Below are positions 1 to 12,366 of a DNA stretch of 64,000 bases, piece after piece; within the stretch, counting starts at the first letter, position 1, and each line of letters begins with the position of its first letter. The DNA lies in NCBI GenBank assembly GCA_036172245.1, contig JAYWIR010000029.1, forward strand, positions 2,542,001 to 2,606,000, read 5' to 3'. The notes below the pieces were generated by a model. It ran no database searches. It saw only the letters and a program-made list of their open reading frames with translations, and was not told where the DNA came from. A program made the position numbers and the translations under genes. Source of the DNA: Raillietiella orientalis (taxonomy: Eukaryota).

Positions 1-2966
1 ATTCATCATAGGCACACTAGAGATATCGCTACTTCAAAATCATAACATACGATGCAAACAACACACCTGGGTGGTTCCACTACTTTCTCTAGGGCTCCTC
101 GTTTGCGAACGAAGCACATCCGCAACTTTCAAATGTCAGAGGCGAGAATTTTTGCGGTTTGCCAGCACTCACCGATTCAAGTTAGGATTGGAACTTGCCT
201 ATGGCACTGTTTAGTTGAAGCAATCGTCAGGAGTTAAGGGATCCAAGAAGTGCTCCAAAGCTTGGCTTCATCTCACTCTACTGTTCCGGAAATAGCGAGA
301 AGTGGAGAGAGTGATCTTGTTCAGCCAAGGGATATCCTACTCCTTCCATCCTTCCTAAGGTTTTCTCCTTTAAGTGGGAACACCAGGGAACTCTTGGTTA
401 ATCATGAGCTTTCTGTACCCTAAACATGCATTACCGGTTCATTTAAAAGGAACTTTAGTTTCTTGAGTTTTCCATGGATGACTCCCATACAATAGGTTTC
501 CATGTCTCTACCAAAGTTAGTTTAGAGCTCGACTACCTTTCAAGCATGAAGAATAACTTTCCGTTATGAAAGGCAGCTTGCCCTTCGTGACACAGAAGCG
601 CAAATTCCGCGCTGCTTAGTGTCACATGGAAGAAAGGAGCTGCTTGGAAGTATTCTCTTCGTTCCTCCATCTTTGTCTTTCTTTAACGAGGCTTTTAATA
701 GTTTGCAGAGTCGATTGGCTCAGTTCCACCTATCACTGCCTAGCATCGTTCAGAGATGAATTGCTGTGCGGTTTAGGCAAGGAAAACTATGGAACCCGAG
801 AGGTGTGGACACCATGGTTCCACTGATACAAGTCCGATGGAACTTATACGGAAGGAATGTTGGGTTTCAGAAGCGAAACTCTGGGTCCTTCCCCAGTGAG
901 CACGCAGTCCTGCTTTTGCACACACACCTTCATGTGAAAGATGAGGAGTTTGGCATCAAGGCTCAGCTTCCATCTTAAAGAATTGGAACCATCCCCTTGC
1001 AAAGAATTCATATGCCCTCGGTATCCGGTTCAAGAATCAGGAACTGAGAGTACGTCTTATCTTCAGGGTCTTCAAATCCACCCTCCACAAATATCAGTTG
1101 CTCAATATCGCATCATCCATTCATCCTTTTCTTTCATAAGGTGCACCATAACCGCGACTTGAATTTCCCATCTTTGGGTCACAGGGATAGATGTCGAAAA
1201 AACTGAGCTCGACGGATCACTTGTGAGCTGAGAATCGACTCCTCCCTTTATGTGTGTGTATGTGTGTGTTTTAATCTCAAACAATCCTTAACGATCCTTG
1301 TCCTGCATCTTGGCCAGTCTCACAGACGTCTGCCCTCTCAACGAAAGTTCTTTGTTTTCCCGAAGTGGATTTACAAAAAATACTGTGAAACTACTTTCGA
1401 TGCAGGAAGCAAAGAAAATGTCAGCATAGCAATTCACCCTGCGGTCTGGAGACCGTAAAAGTGTGTCTTGAATCTGTAAACAAGAAACAAGATTCCCAAC
1501 AACTTTCCTTGTTATTCCTTCTCTTCAACAAGATCGGATGACAGTGCATGCGGGATCCATCCGTTACTCCGAATGGCCATCAACTCTCAGCTTCCGTGCT
1601 AATGCTCGCCTCATAGTGAAGCCCCCCGAGTCTCCAAGAACAACACACTAGCACGAGCCTTCGGATTTCATGACGACCGCATCGAAACCGCGCTGGGAGG
1701 TCACTCGGAAACCGCTTGCTGCTGACGTCTTCAGACCCTTAGTGGTCTTTAGATGACTGACAGTTACATCGTGAACTCTCCAGCCACGCCACAAGGTGAT
1801 TCGGTGGTCCACTGCATGGCTCCAATCTACCACCATTTTTATCACTTCTGTACGATGACTCGCTCCTGCGGATCCGGAAATCATGAAAAGATGTTCCAGA
1901 AACATGCTGGAAATCATCCGATCTTCTTCCCGTGACGGTGGATCTCAAAGCTCCCTGACTCCTAGGTGCTGTCTCTTTCGTAAGAAAAACGGCATCCGAG
2001 CACACAAAGACGATGTCGACAGTGGATGAAAACATGCGTTTAGGCAGAAGTGAGCGGGGAGATGCTCTTTCTTTCCATCTTTCAAGCTCAGGACCTACCT
2101 GATTTGCTACCATGGAAGATAAAAGCAGGAAATATGTAAGGCAGAGCAGGAAACTTTCTTGTTCGTTTTGTGTGGTTACAAATCTTGTATGCAAGGGGCT
2201 CTGGAGAATCTTCCGCAGCTATTTCCTATCCATCCTTTAAGGGGCTCCTTACGGGATGGGTGATCGAGATGGTTGTCGTTTTTCTTCTCTACGTAGGTTA
2301 CATATATGGCGCTTGAGTACCGGATACAGGTGACCACCATCTGGTGTCTCAGCTCCACAAGCTTCTTCTTTGGTACTCCTTAGTACTGGATTACTTCTTT
2401 GGTACTGACTTAGAGGGCAGTAAAGGAATGGATTTTCTCCGATCTGTTTGCTTTTGTGGACATGCGAAGGAAAAGGGCGGTTTCAATTTAGCAACTAAAA
2501 ATTTACCTTGATCCCTCACCCAAGTTCGTAATATTCACCTGTGAAGTCCTTGAATTCTTGAACCAGTCGCCATTCTGTGTTGGAACACGAGTGCGAATCT
2601 TTGGGTACTAACATTCTGTTTCTTTTCATTTGCGGTGAAGATTAATGGGTCTACACATTTATTCGACGCAGACCAAACGGAGTGACTTAGTGGAGAGCAG
2701 GACAAAGGACACTTTGCAATGAACATTTTTGACTTCCGGTAACATTCCGCCTTCGTTTCCAAAGAATAAAAAAATTTTGACTCAAGAATGTTTGGCTACT
2801 ATTGCTGACGAGTCTCCACACTTTGAAGAAGACAGATTGACTGTTTCCACTGGTCTTCACAAACCAAAACGCAATCTGAGAATTTTAGGCTACTATTTAT
2901 TCGCTCCTTGCAGCTCCACTTGGTATCCATTCACGAGCTTCTCGATTTCCGTCGAAAATGAGACAT

Positions 2967-3067
2967 ATTCTCTTCGACTGGGCATATACTAAAATTAGGA
3001 CGACACAGAGAAGATTCGCATGGCCCTGCGCAAGGATGACACGCAAAATCGTGAAGCGTTTCATTTC
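2967..3067 (+). ncRNA. U6: U6 spliceosomal snRNA-like sequence, probably a pseudogene
   Basis: CATATACTAAAATTAGGACGACACAGAGAAGATTCGCATGGCCCTGCGCAAGGATGACACGCAAAATCGTGAAGCGTTTCATTT closely matches metazoan U6 as recalled, with the ACAGAGA box at 3005-3011. The AGC triad reads CGC (3017-3019), one C is missing in GGCCCCT, the 5' hairpin is degenerate and there is no T4+ Pol III terminator. Confidence 0.85.
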
Positions 3068-6000
3068 TCACTTGGTGGTCAAACATGTTTTCTTTTGTCT
3101 CCAGACACCTAATAACTTCTCGCAATTCAGACATTGTCTTCAGTATCTTGTGGAACAATCTGAGATCCCAGCTGATCTCTAAGATTAGGTTCTGCAGTCA
3201 CCAACTTCTCTTGACTTCGCCACAATAAGACGTTGGTTGCTGAGAGCAACCAACGTCAATTTGATGGTCGTCACCACGACTTTCTAGATGAGATTCGGTT
3301 TCAACGATCGTTCGCACACCTTCCAACACGTGAGACAGCCGAACAGAGGAGTTTGGCATCGTCAGGCCTTTCAAAGGATTTTTTCAATGTATTAGTCTTG
3401 GGGTCAGCGGCTGCAGGACAGACCTTATCAATACGTCGGGCTTATCGCGTGAACTTGAAAAGCAGTCCACACGCTGTTCGACCTTTCTCCTGAAGAAATA
3501 GACTATCTTAAGATTGTCACACATTTGAATCAAAACCCATAGTGGTAAACTTGTATCTCAGCGAATTTCTCTGCAAGGTGGAGTAAAGGCTCCTTTCAGA
3601 AGGTTTCCTCAGCTGCCTTTGGATAGGTTCAAGAAATTCCAGCAGTCACCAGCTGCAAATCGGTTCCATCAGCACCAGTCCTTCCAGCAACGGTGCTTTC
3701 GGAGAGTCTGAGACTTCTAGAAGCATTCAGTTCACCCAAGCACACGGTTTCAGCATTGCTAAGAATGTCTCTTAGGCCATCTGGTCGGCTGAGACCTCGT
3801 AGAACGGGGCGATCGATTAAGGGAGCCTTCTGACTGAGCATCGCCTCGTTCATCCTGTTGATCCTGGAAAATTTCTTTTGCTGCTCTCTAAGTCGGATCT
3901 GGAATCGGCTCCGAACAATAGTGCTATCTAGAGGCATTTCTTTCGTCTACTTCTCCACTATCGCATCACTTCTATGGAGCTCATGATGCTTCCCATGTTC
4001 GCTACTCCTCAGATGTTTCCTGCTTTTGTTTTTCCTTTGCACATCACCAGGTTATCAAACCTTCAACCGTAGTATCTATAAAAAATTTAAAATGCATCTT
4101 AAACGTCATGATAGTAGAATGTTGGTTATCTCGCTTTAAAGCCGAAGAAAAAAAATTGAAAGTGTTTATTTATTATTTAATGTGAAGTAAAAAAAAGAAA
4201 AAAAGCTTTTGGAGTTTTGTTGATGTTTAATCAGTCGCTCTGTCGCTGTTTCGTTTCTATCGCTCTTGCTGTTGAAAAATGTATGCTGTTGAAATATTTT
4301 ATTCACGAATAGCTAAAGAAAACAGAATCCAGCCTACTTAAATCGTGCATTGGCATTCCTTTTGGAAAACATCTGAACCGACACCGCACCACCAAACTGA
4401 AATTTATTCACAGCGCAGCACAGGGTTGATGCACCGAATTATACGAGGAGGGGCACCGTCGACACGTTTTGGTCGCGCTGTACACGAATCCGCGGTGTAC
4501 GGGAGCCTGCGGTATCTCCAGCGGCCTTCATGACATCATGCAGTGTCGAATATGCATTCACATTAGCATGTTTAGATGAGATTCTGGACGATGCATTCAC
4601 GTTTATGGTGGACCAGAAAAATTCACTCATTTCAACAAGAAGCATTGCATGTGTCCGCTGCATCTCGGGAAGGCCAAGTTGATTTCATGACGAAGGGCGC
4701 CATAGCAAAAATGAATTAATAAGATCCTTGGCTCCACGCAGATTGATGCTGAAGAGAGCTCTGTAGCACACTTTCTGCCTTTCGGTGAAGCGGACCAGAT
4801 CTAAGATCGGAAATCCAGTCTGGGCATTTAGCATCCCTCTTATGTTGGAGGCATAATTGCTCCAACATCCAGATGCTCCTGACTTGCTAAATTATTTGAC
4901 AATTTTTTGCTTCCCCACGAAGCGGGAACAGTCTCAAGGTGGCATCTCCAAGCCTCACTGAAGATTTGTAGTTGTTCTACGGATTTAGAAAATCTTCCTA
5001 ATTAATCCTCCTAATCGCTTTTTGGCACCAAAAGCTGAAATGCCATCGATCATCACATGTTTTCGTGTTTGCATATGAGTTTGTCAGGTCACTGTAGTGC
5101 GAGCTTACTTGGTGAAAGGAAACCAGGAGCCTTTCTCCGACTGGTATTTCAATAGTGCTCCCAATGAGAAACGCGGAATTCAGATTTTCAACTCTTTGTT
5201 TGTTACTATAAGGAAATATCTGGAGATGTTGGAAGACTCTGATTGCCTGGGAGCAGCTGTCGTTCCAGAGTGCGACTTACTTTTGAGACCAATTTTATTA
5301 ATGGCACTCAAGCAAAGATGGGGAGTGGCAAAAGAAACAGGGACGAGCATCTGATCTTACGGTCCAAGTTCCACGCGAGCCTTTCAATCAGACAATTGTG
5401 GTTCCTTTGCTGTGATAGTCAGTAATCACGAAGTCCTGTGCCGAATCGCGGCACCACATTTGACTCGATTCCAGTTTTTCATTCAGAGAATCAGCAACTG
5501 ATGATTTTCAGTGTATTTTTTAGAGCCGATAGCAGCCTTCTCAGCAGAGGTTCCTAAGTTTCCTGTTGTGTGAGACCTCGCTAAGAAATCCAATTTCCGT
5601 TGGTAACCTAATGAAACATATAAAAATCAAATTGCTACAGTTCTGGTAATGAAGTTTGGCGTCTCTAGCTTTCCTTCTTTCACAAGTAATACTTTATTAC
5701 GCTGTACGTAATACTGTTAACATTTACGATAGCACTAGAGGCATAGATCCTTGTAGACGAAGCTCTTTCGATTTCTAGAAGGAACGTGCAATACTTGTGA
5801 ACGCTTCTGGCCAAAGCATCTTTGTACAGTACTTCCAGGCATGAAACTTGGAAAAGTGAAAATCTTGTTTATGATAACGTTGTTGATTACAACAACAGAA
5901 AAGCTGGTTCGAGAAAATGGTGTTCATCATCCCTGGTGACGAGCACAATGATGTGTTAATGAAACCTTTTCAATCGATAAACGGTATAGGAAATGAGTCC

Positions 6001-7158
6001 AACTGTGGATTCAAACCTGAATGGTTGCATTCAAACCTTTATGTAGACCTATTGCTACTTTTTTGCTCTTGTCAACCGTAGGAGTCATCCGCGTGCTGCC
6101 CAAGAACATGGAAGCGTGCGAAGAATTCGTGTTGATTTCAGACCTTCTAATTCATTTGACCCTTTGACAGGACTTACTTTAAAAAAACCAAAAAAAAAAA
6201 AAAATGGGAAAAAAATCGGAAAACTCCATTTAAAGTTTGGGAGCTTTATAATCACAAAAATTACAGAATCTTTTATTCTTCTGATGCTCGGGACACAATT
6301 TGTTACATTGCAATCAAAATTTCATGGTCAAAGATACATCAGAAGGTAAAATTTTCCTTTTCAGTTATAATTCCTTTCAATACAAACGTTTTCCTTATGA
6401 AATAAGTGGATTGCTTCTCCCAATACGAAACTGTTTTGGATCCGAATTTTAACTAATACTGGGAGCAGACTCTGCTGAATTTTATTATTTTTGCTCCAAA
6501 TATTCCACAAAGTTGAAAACTGGTTTAGATTTCGTTAGAACACCTTGAACACAGTGAACCTTGATGGTTTCCAAACATGTAGAAGATAAACATCCCTATA
6601 AATAAAAAAAAAAAATTGCATGAAAGAACGATGAAGCCACAATTATGAATAGTTCTGTAAAAAGAAAGAAAGAAAGAAAGTGCTAATCGTACCAGATGAA
6701 ATTTCTTTGTATCCTATGCGAAACCAAGTTTTTGCATTACTAATCACCCATTTTTCTCAAGAAGTCTTTCCAAAAATGATCGCCAAGTTCTTGTAAAACT
6801 ATTAAAAATTGCAACTTTGTCTCGGAACCAAAGTTTAATAGTTTTGGACACCATCAGAATTCTGAAGGTGTAGGACGATAAGGAATTTTGAGATAAATGT
6901 TCCACGGAACAAATTCAAACCATAATGCATCCAAACAGAAGAAATTTTCCTGTAAAATTTCGAAATTCAGTAATAGGATGCAATTAAGAGTAATCATTTG
7001 CAAAATTTGTAACTAATACATGGAACACTGGTTAATGGAGTTTCTTTTCAGACTTATTATCAGCATTAAATAAGCATGAATTTTGATGAGAAATGCATAG
7101 ACTTGACAAATCGTTGATTATGCTGAGGATGCCTTTTTGAAGCGGAATCGAGAAATGA

Positions 7159-7162
<4 letters not shown>

Positions 7163-7194
<32 letters not shown>
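7163..7194. repeat. (CA)n microsatellite
   Basis: Uninterrupted AC run; a shorter one lies near 24266-24283. Confidence 0.9.
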
Positions 7195-7198
<4 letters not shown>

Positions 7199-10100
7199 AG
7201 AAAAGAAACCAAGCACTACAAAGATGACATTTTGGGGATCTAGGGGAAAAAACACAGAAAATGAGGATACTGAATGAAAACGGAAGCCATCGCAACGATG
7301 TTCAGGTGAAAACCGGAAGGTTTGTTGTGACCGATTCCGACATGAAGCTGGTCAATCGATATGCTTCGGGTAACACCTTCAGTTCCAATGTAGAAAGAAA
7401 TAAAAGTAGAATTGTTAATGGATCCATGCATCTACCCTTGCTAAACACATACCCTTAGCAAACTCCACACTAAGCTGCATTTATTGCATAACTCACATTA
7501 ATTCAATAGAGCAATTATCTGAATCATCTACACGGCTTAATTACGGAATATACCATATCGAATCTGGAAGTTTCATCGCTCTCGTCTTGTTCCATCAGCG
7601 TTAAAAAGCAGCAGTATTCAAAAACTCTTGACTTAATGACGAACGGCAAACTCAAACACGTTGAAGTTTAAACACTTGTTAGCAATTTAGACACATGGAT
7701 GAAAAGCAGAATCTATTTATTCATATCCCAATGTTCTGTAGACTTTTTTGCGAGAGTAGTCCTTCTCAATCCCATTTTAAGCTATCCCATTTTCCGTGTT
7801 TAGCTTTTGGAAACTTCTAGACGAGGCTAGTAGTGCTCAGGTAAAGTGTGAATGCAAGTTTATTGAAAATTTATTGAAACTTTTAGAAAAAAGGAGATGT
7901 ATGAAAGGAAGCGATTTTGTTTTTTCGTTTAAATCCTAATCTGCATTATACATCGAGTGCGCTTTTTTTTTTCTTGCAAAAAAAAAATAAAAAATGAATG
8001 AATAAAAGATAAAATCCAGATCGCAGAAACCATGAGAATTTTGAAAATTCCTTTCAGAATCCAAATTCTATCCAACCGGCACAGAGAGAACGAACTCAAC
8101 GTTAGGTTCTATTCAAACTGTGGAAACTGTCTGAATGGTTGTCCACTGAAGGTTAAGAGTGCTTATTTCCTCAGGCTGCAAGCCGGAGGATTTATCGTAC
8201 ACGCGACGTCCTGCTTTTCAGTGCATTTCAATTCGATGCACAGAACGTTTCCTGCAAAGTACTTGCAATGCGGCGGAACTTTTCCCCATCGCATTTCCGA
8301 AAACAAGGTCACGATCGAGGAGCACCCTATATTCGTGAGCTGTGGTGGCAACCTTTATTCGGGTCATAAACGGTATCGCGAGCAAACTGCATTCGCTAGT
8401 ATTGAATTATGCAAGTGTTGTAGTTGACGCAAATGGCAGTTCATAGTACGATAAGTACGCAGTAGTAAGAAAGTGATTCGTGCGGGGCCGCAGTGCTGAA
8501 TGTACATCTTATCACAGCAGATTCGTGCTGGAAAGCTCATGTTTTGTTTGTGCCAGCAGTGCTGTGTAAACTGAATTTCCCTTGCAAATGGTCACGGGGA
8601 TCGAACGAAAACACAAAACGGATACGGTATAAATTAAGTGAAGGATGCTTTCGTAGTACAAAGATTCTACTCGGAAGTTTTCGTCATCCAGTTGATATTG
8701 CAATTTCGACAAATGATAGTCTCAGTGTTTGGCATTTGGAAATTTGTGTACCAGGCCGTTGGTGTGCGTGTAAAAATGTAAACACGGATAAAAAGCTTGA
8801 AACTTTTAGAGGAGGTGTATGGGAAGAAACATATTTTGTTCCTTTTGTTTAAGTCGTAGTTGGGCAAGCTCTATTTTGATGCTGCTAAGTGATAGGGTTA
8901 TTGCAGATGGATTCCATTGCAAAGTAAAAAAAAAAAACGTTTGAATTTATGTTGAAGTCCGATGTGTCTCCAAGCTGCATTTTCAATAGTTCAAATCGCT
9001 GCGGTTAAGTACATAGAGGGAATTTGCTTTGGGAGAGCATCCATGTGGTTGATACTAATGGTTAGGTAACGAAGCACTCTTTATTAATTTTTGTAAAATT
9101 TTGTTTATTGGCTGGTTTAGTTTCCAGTAGATTGTGTTGATGTAAAAAAGGTTTGAAGTATGAAATGATAAAATAAGGCTTAAGGTGCACAACAGAATTT
9201 GATGATAGGAAATCGGGGATTCACATTGATGGACCAATAAATTCGAAAGGAATCTGTTGTAATTTTGTGCTTACATGGATTGTATCATAACTGCCCTTGA
9301 GTGTGTGTTCATATTCTTTTTTTTTTTTTTTTTTTTTCAAGTTTAAACCTTGCAAAAAAACTTTGAACCACTGCCCACTGAGGTCACACTTCATGAATAA
9401 GAAAAAATGTGCCTCATATTATTCTGACCTCAAAATGCCACTTCTATGCCCTACATTGTTTACCATAGCATATTGATATAAAACTAGTCGATAGGAAGAA
9501 TGGGAATTCACAGGGTTGTTCTTATGAAAACATAATTTGGCAGCAAGGTTCACATCAGGTTGTTTAGTCATTGTTGCTGTATGTATTTATATTTCGAATA
9601 TTTTAATTCCAATTTCGCGAGGTGAATGTTTGAGAGATGGACAAAGTGTGAACAAGCATCCAGGGTAAGAATTGCTAACAATTTTTAAAAAGCCGTATTA
9701 GTTGAACTTTGATTTGTTAGCCTTATTATTTCAAATTTTCATCATTTCTTGAAAATTTTTGATAAGATTCAAAATGCCTGTTTTCAAAATGGCAAAGCAG
9801 TCAGCTTGATTAAACAATTTAAGTTGAAATAACCAGTTTTCCGAATACTAATAATTGTATTAGCATTCCACTCACTCTAAATTATTCATTATTATTGAAC
9901 CAAATTTTTCAGTTCTTGAAATCCAGTCAGATATTTATTTAGATTACATTGTATATGTTAGGTATTTTGTGCATTAAGGTACAAATTATTTATGTTCCAG
10001 TTTCAAAATTGAGCTCTGTAATAATATGAGTGTATGATTTTGTTTTCTAGATATTGTATTTTTTGAATCATACTATAAATGAAGAACTAATGTTGCTTTA

Positions 10101-11192
10101 TCAAATATTACATCTTGTTTATTATCATTGTTCATTCCATCTCATTCCCTAAAAGTATGGAAAATTAAGAAAGAAGGAACTATGAAGTTGTCAAAGAATA
10201 GTATTGGATCCATGTTTGTATTTTTAATTGAACAAGTACCATCTTTATGATGTCATATGACCACAGTGTTCTGGAAAAGATTGTCTGAATTTTGCAGTAT
10301 CAAGATGCAAAATTAAGACTGAATCTTTTTGAGACTGAATACCAAGATGCATTTGATTGAATCAGTAATGTAGCAGCAGAGTATGAATAACCATGTACAA
10401 TAATTGTTTTAAGATTAGACATTTTGCAGATTGATTTTTTTTTTTTTTTTTCATTTTCTTTAGTTTGTTGACATGTGCTTGTTTCTAATTTTGCTTATCT
10501 GTTGAATTTGCATCTTTAAGATATAAGACACATTGAAAATTTAGGTTCTTTTATCGTCTAAAAATATTCTTTTGTTGTCTTTTATCACAGCAATTTTTTA
10601 TCTTGTAGTTTAATCATTTTGAGGTCTTTCAATCGAAGTTATTCTTTTGATCAGGGTATTTTTGCTGATAAAACTGCTGTTTGTGGTTTTGAAATTTCTT
10701 GTATACAGTTTGAATGTTGTTCTGAAAATTGATATTTGAAGAATGTTTCTGAGCATTTTATATGTATATATGTATTCTGAATTTTATCAACAATCTCAAG
10801 TCTAAGATTATGTACAATGTATTCAAAATGAACTTGAAAAATCTGCCTAATTTGAGTGTAGCAATGAGCAGTTGTGTCAGTTTTTTCTAGTAATTTATTT
10901 ATGGTTTGATACATTTATTTATGTGTATCATTTAATTTCGCTAATTAAAGATTAGCAGTTGAAAAATAAAATGATTTTAGATTGAAAGCTTTGAATAAAA
11001 TGTATGGATTAATTTTATGTAATTCATTAGAGTGCCCATCGGTGAATGCAAATTGTGTATTGAAGAAGGAAAATAAATTTCAGTCTCAAGAAGCATCATA
11101 CTGGAAATTCACATGGTACGTTATTATGAGTTTTTGAAAGAGAAAACGAAGTAAGGAGCCTGAATTTTAATTTTGTGTTCTGATTAATTGAA

Positions 11193-11226
11193 CATCAATG
11201 TATGAACATTTGTTCATACATTGATG
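11193..11226. repeat. Perfect inverted repeat (16-bp arms, 2-nt spacer)
   Basis: CATCAATGTATGAACA-TT-TGTTCATACATTGATG. Confidence 0.85.
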
Positions 11227-12366
11227 CATGTCAAAGGTTTCAAGAAATTAGACAGTCATATAGAATTCCATGGTAGTTTGGTACTTTTTTTTTTTTTTCC
11301 ATTATTATCCAAAATAATAATAATTACAGTACCCAAAATTTAATCCTAAAATTATGAATTTAAATTTTTGTGTGTTCATGTAAATGAATTAGGAACACAT
11401 TCTGCATAGTTCAGTATTTATGTTTCTAAAGAAATGTAGGAAGTCATGAAATTTTTCAGAGGTGTTGTGTGAGATCTGATAGACAGGAAAAAAAAGTTTC
11501 AAGACAATCCCTTTTTGACATATGAAAATTTGACCGTAATCTTCCTATTGATTCCCCATTATAATGAAAGACTTTTGTATCTGACTAATTTCTTTAATGC
11601 TGGGTTTGTTGGTTGTAATTTTCTCTCACCTCAGTAATCTCATTGCTGATTTCTGTTCTCCTCTCACCTGACTTGGAATATCATTTACAGCTTCCTCAGA
11701 TATTTCCTTACCATTTTTTTCTCTCTCTCTTTCTTTTAGAATATTTCAAAGCATATGGACCATGCTTTGAAGTTTACATATGCTATGCTTACTCCAAACA
11801 CTTTTGTGTAGTAACATTAGATTTTTTGAAGGTTCATTGCAAAACATGACAGTAAAATTAATCCTGACAGTAAATTTCTAACTGCTACCATTAATAAGTT
11901 TAGCTTTCAGACAAGAGATCTTCATTGTGTTTTAGCATTATCACATGGACAATCATTATAATGACCTGCATTTTGTTTGGTTGTTTATAGGTGGTGCAAA
12001 AGGGTTTTTTAATGAAAACAATGGGAGCAGTTTGAAATTATTACTTAAGATGCCCCCTATTATTTATTGAAAAGCATTCCTTTCAAAAAATAATAAGCAT
12101 TTCAGGACTGATGATTTGAAATTTTGATTATCAGGAGCGAATATCACTGCTTGTGAATAGTGAACATGAATGCAGAAAAGGAATATTAATTCGTGAATAT
12201 GTATATTAAAAAGAAACATTTGTATGCAAAGTTCCGGCTTGTATTTGTACAGGAAAGAAAGTGTATATTACAATAATTCTTTTTTATTTTATTTACAGAA
12301 TTCTGCTTTTTCATGCATTCCATAAACCATTAGAAATTCCTACATCATAGTCTTACCAATGGATGA

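Noticed and set aside
1..6100. Possible LINE endonuclease/RT remnants (for example CLGELNA in ORF 3629-3937)
   Set aside because: Isolated weak motif resemblance with no colinear series that could be verified by eye.
9600..12000. Candidate 5' UTR or first exons of the receptor (for example 11031-11115 ending ATG|GTACGT)
   Set aside because: Plausible splice signals, but no in-frame connection to the ectodomain could be established without transcripts.
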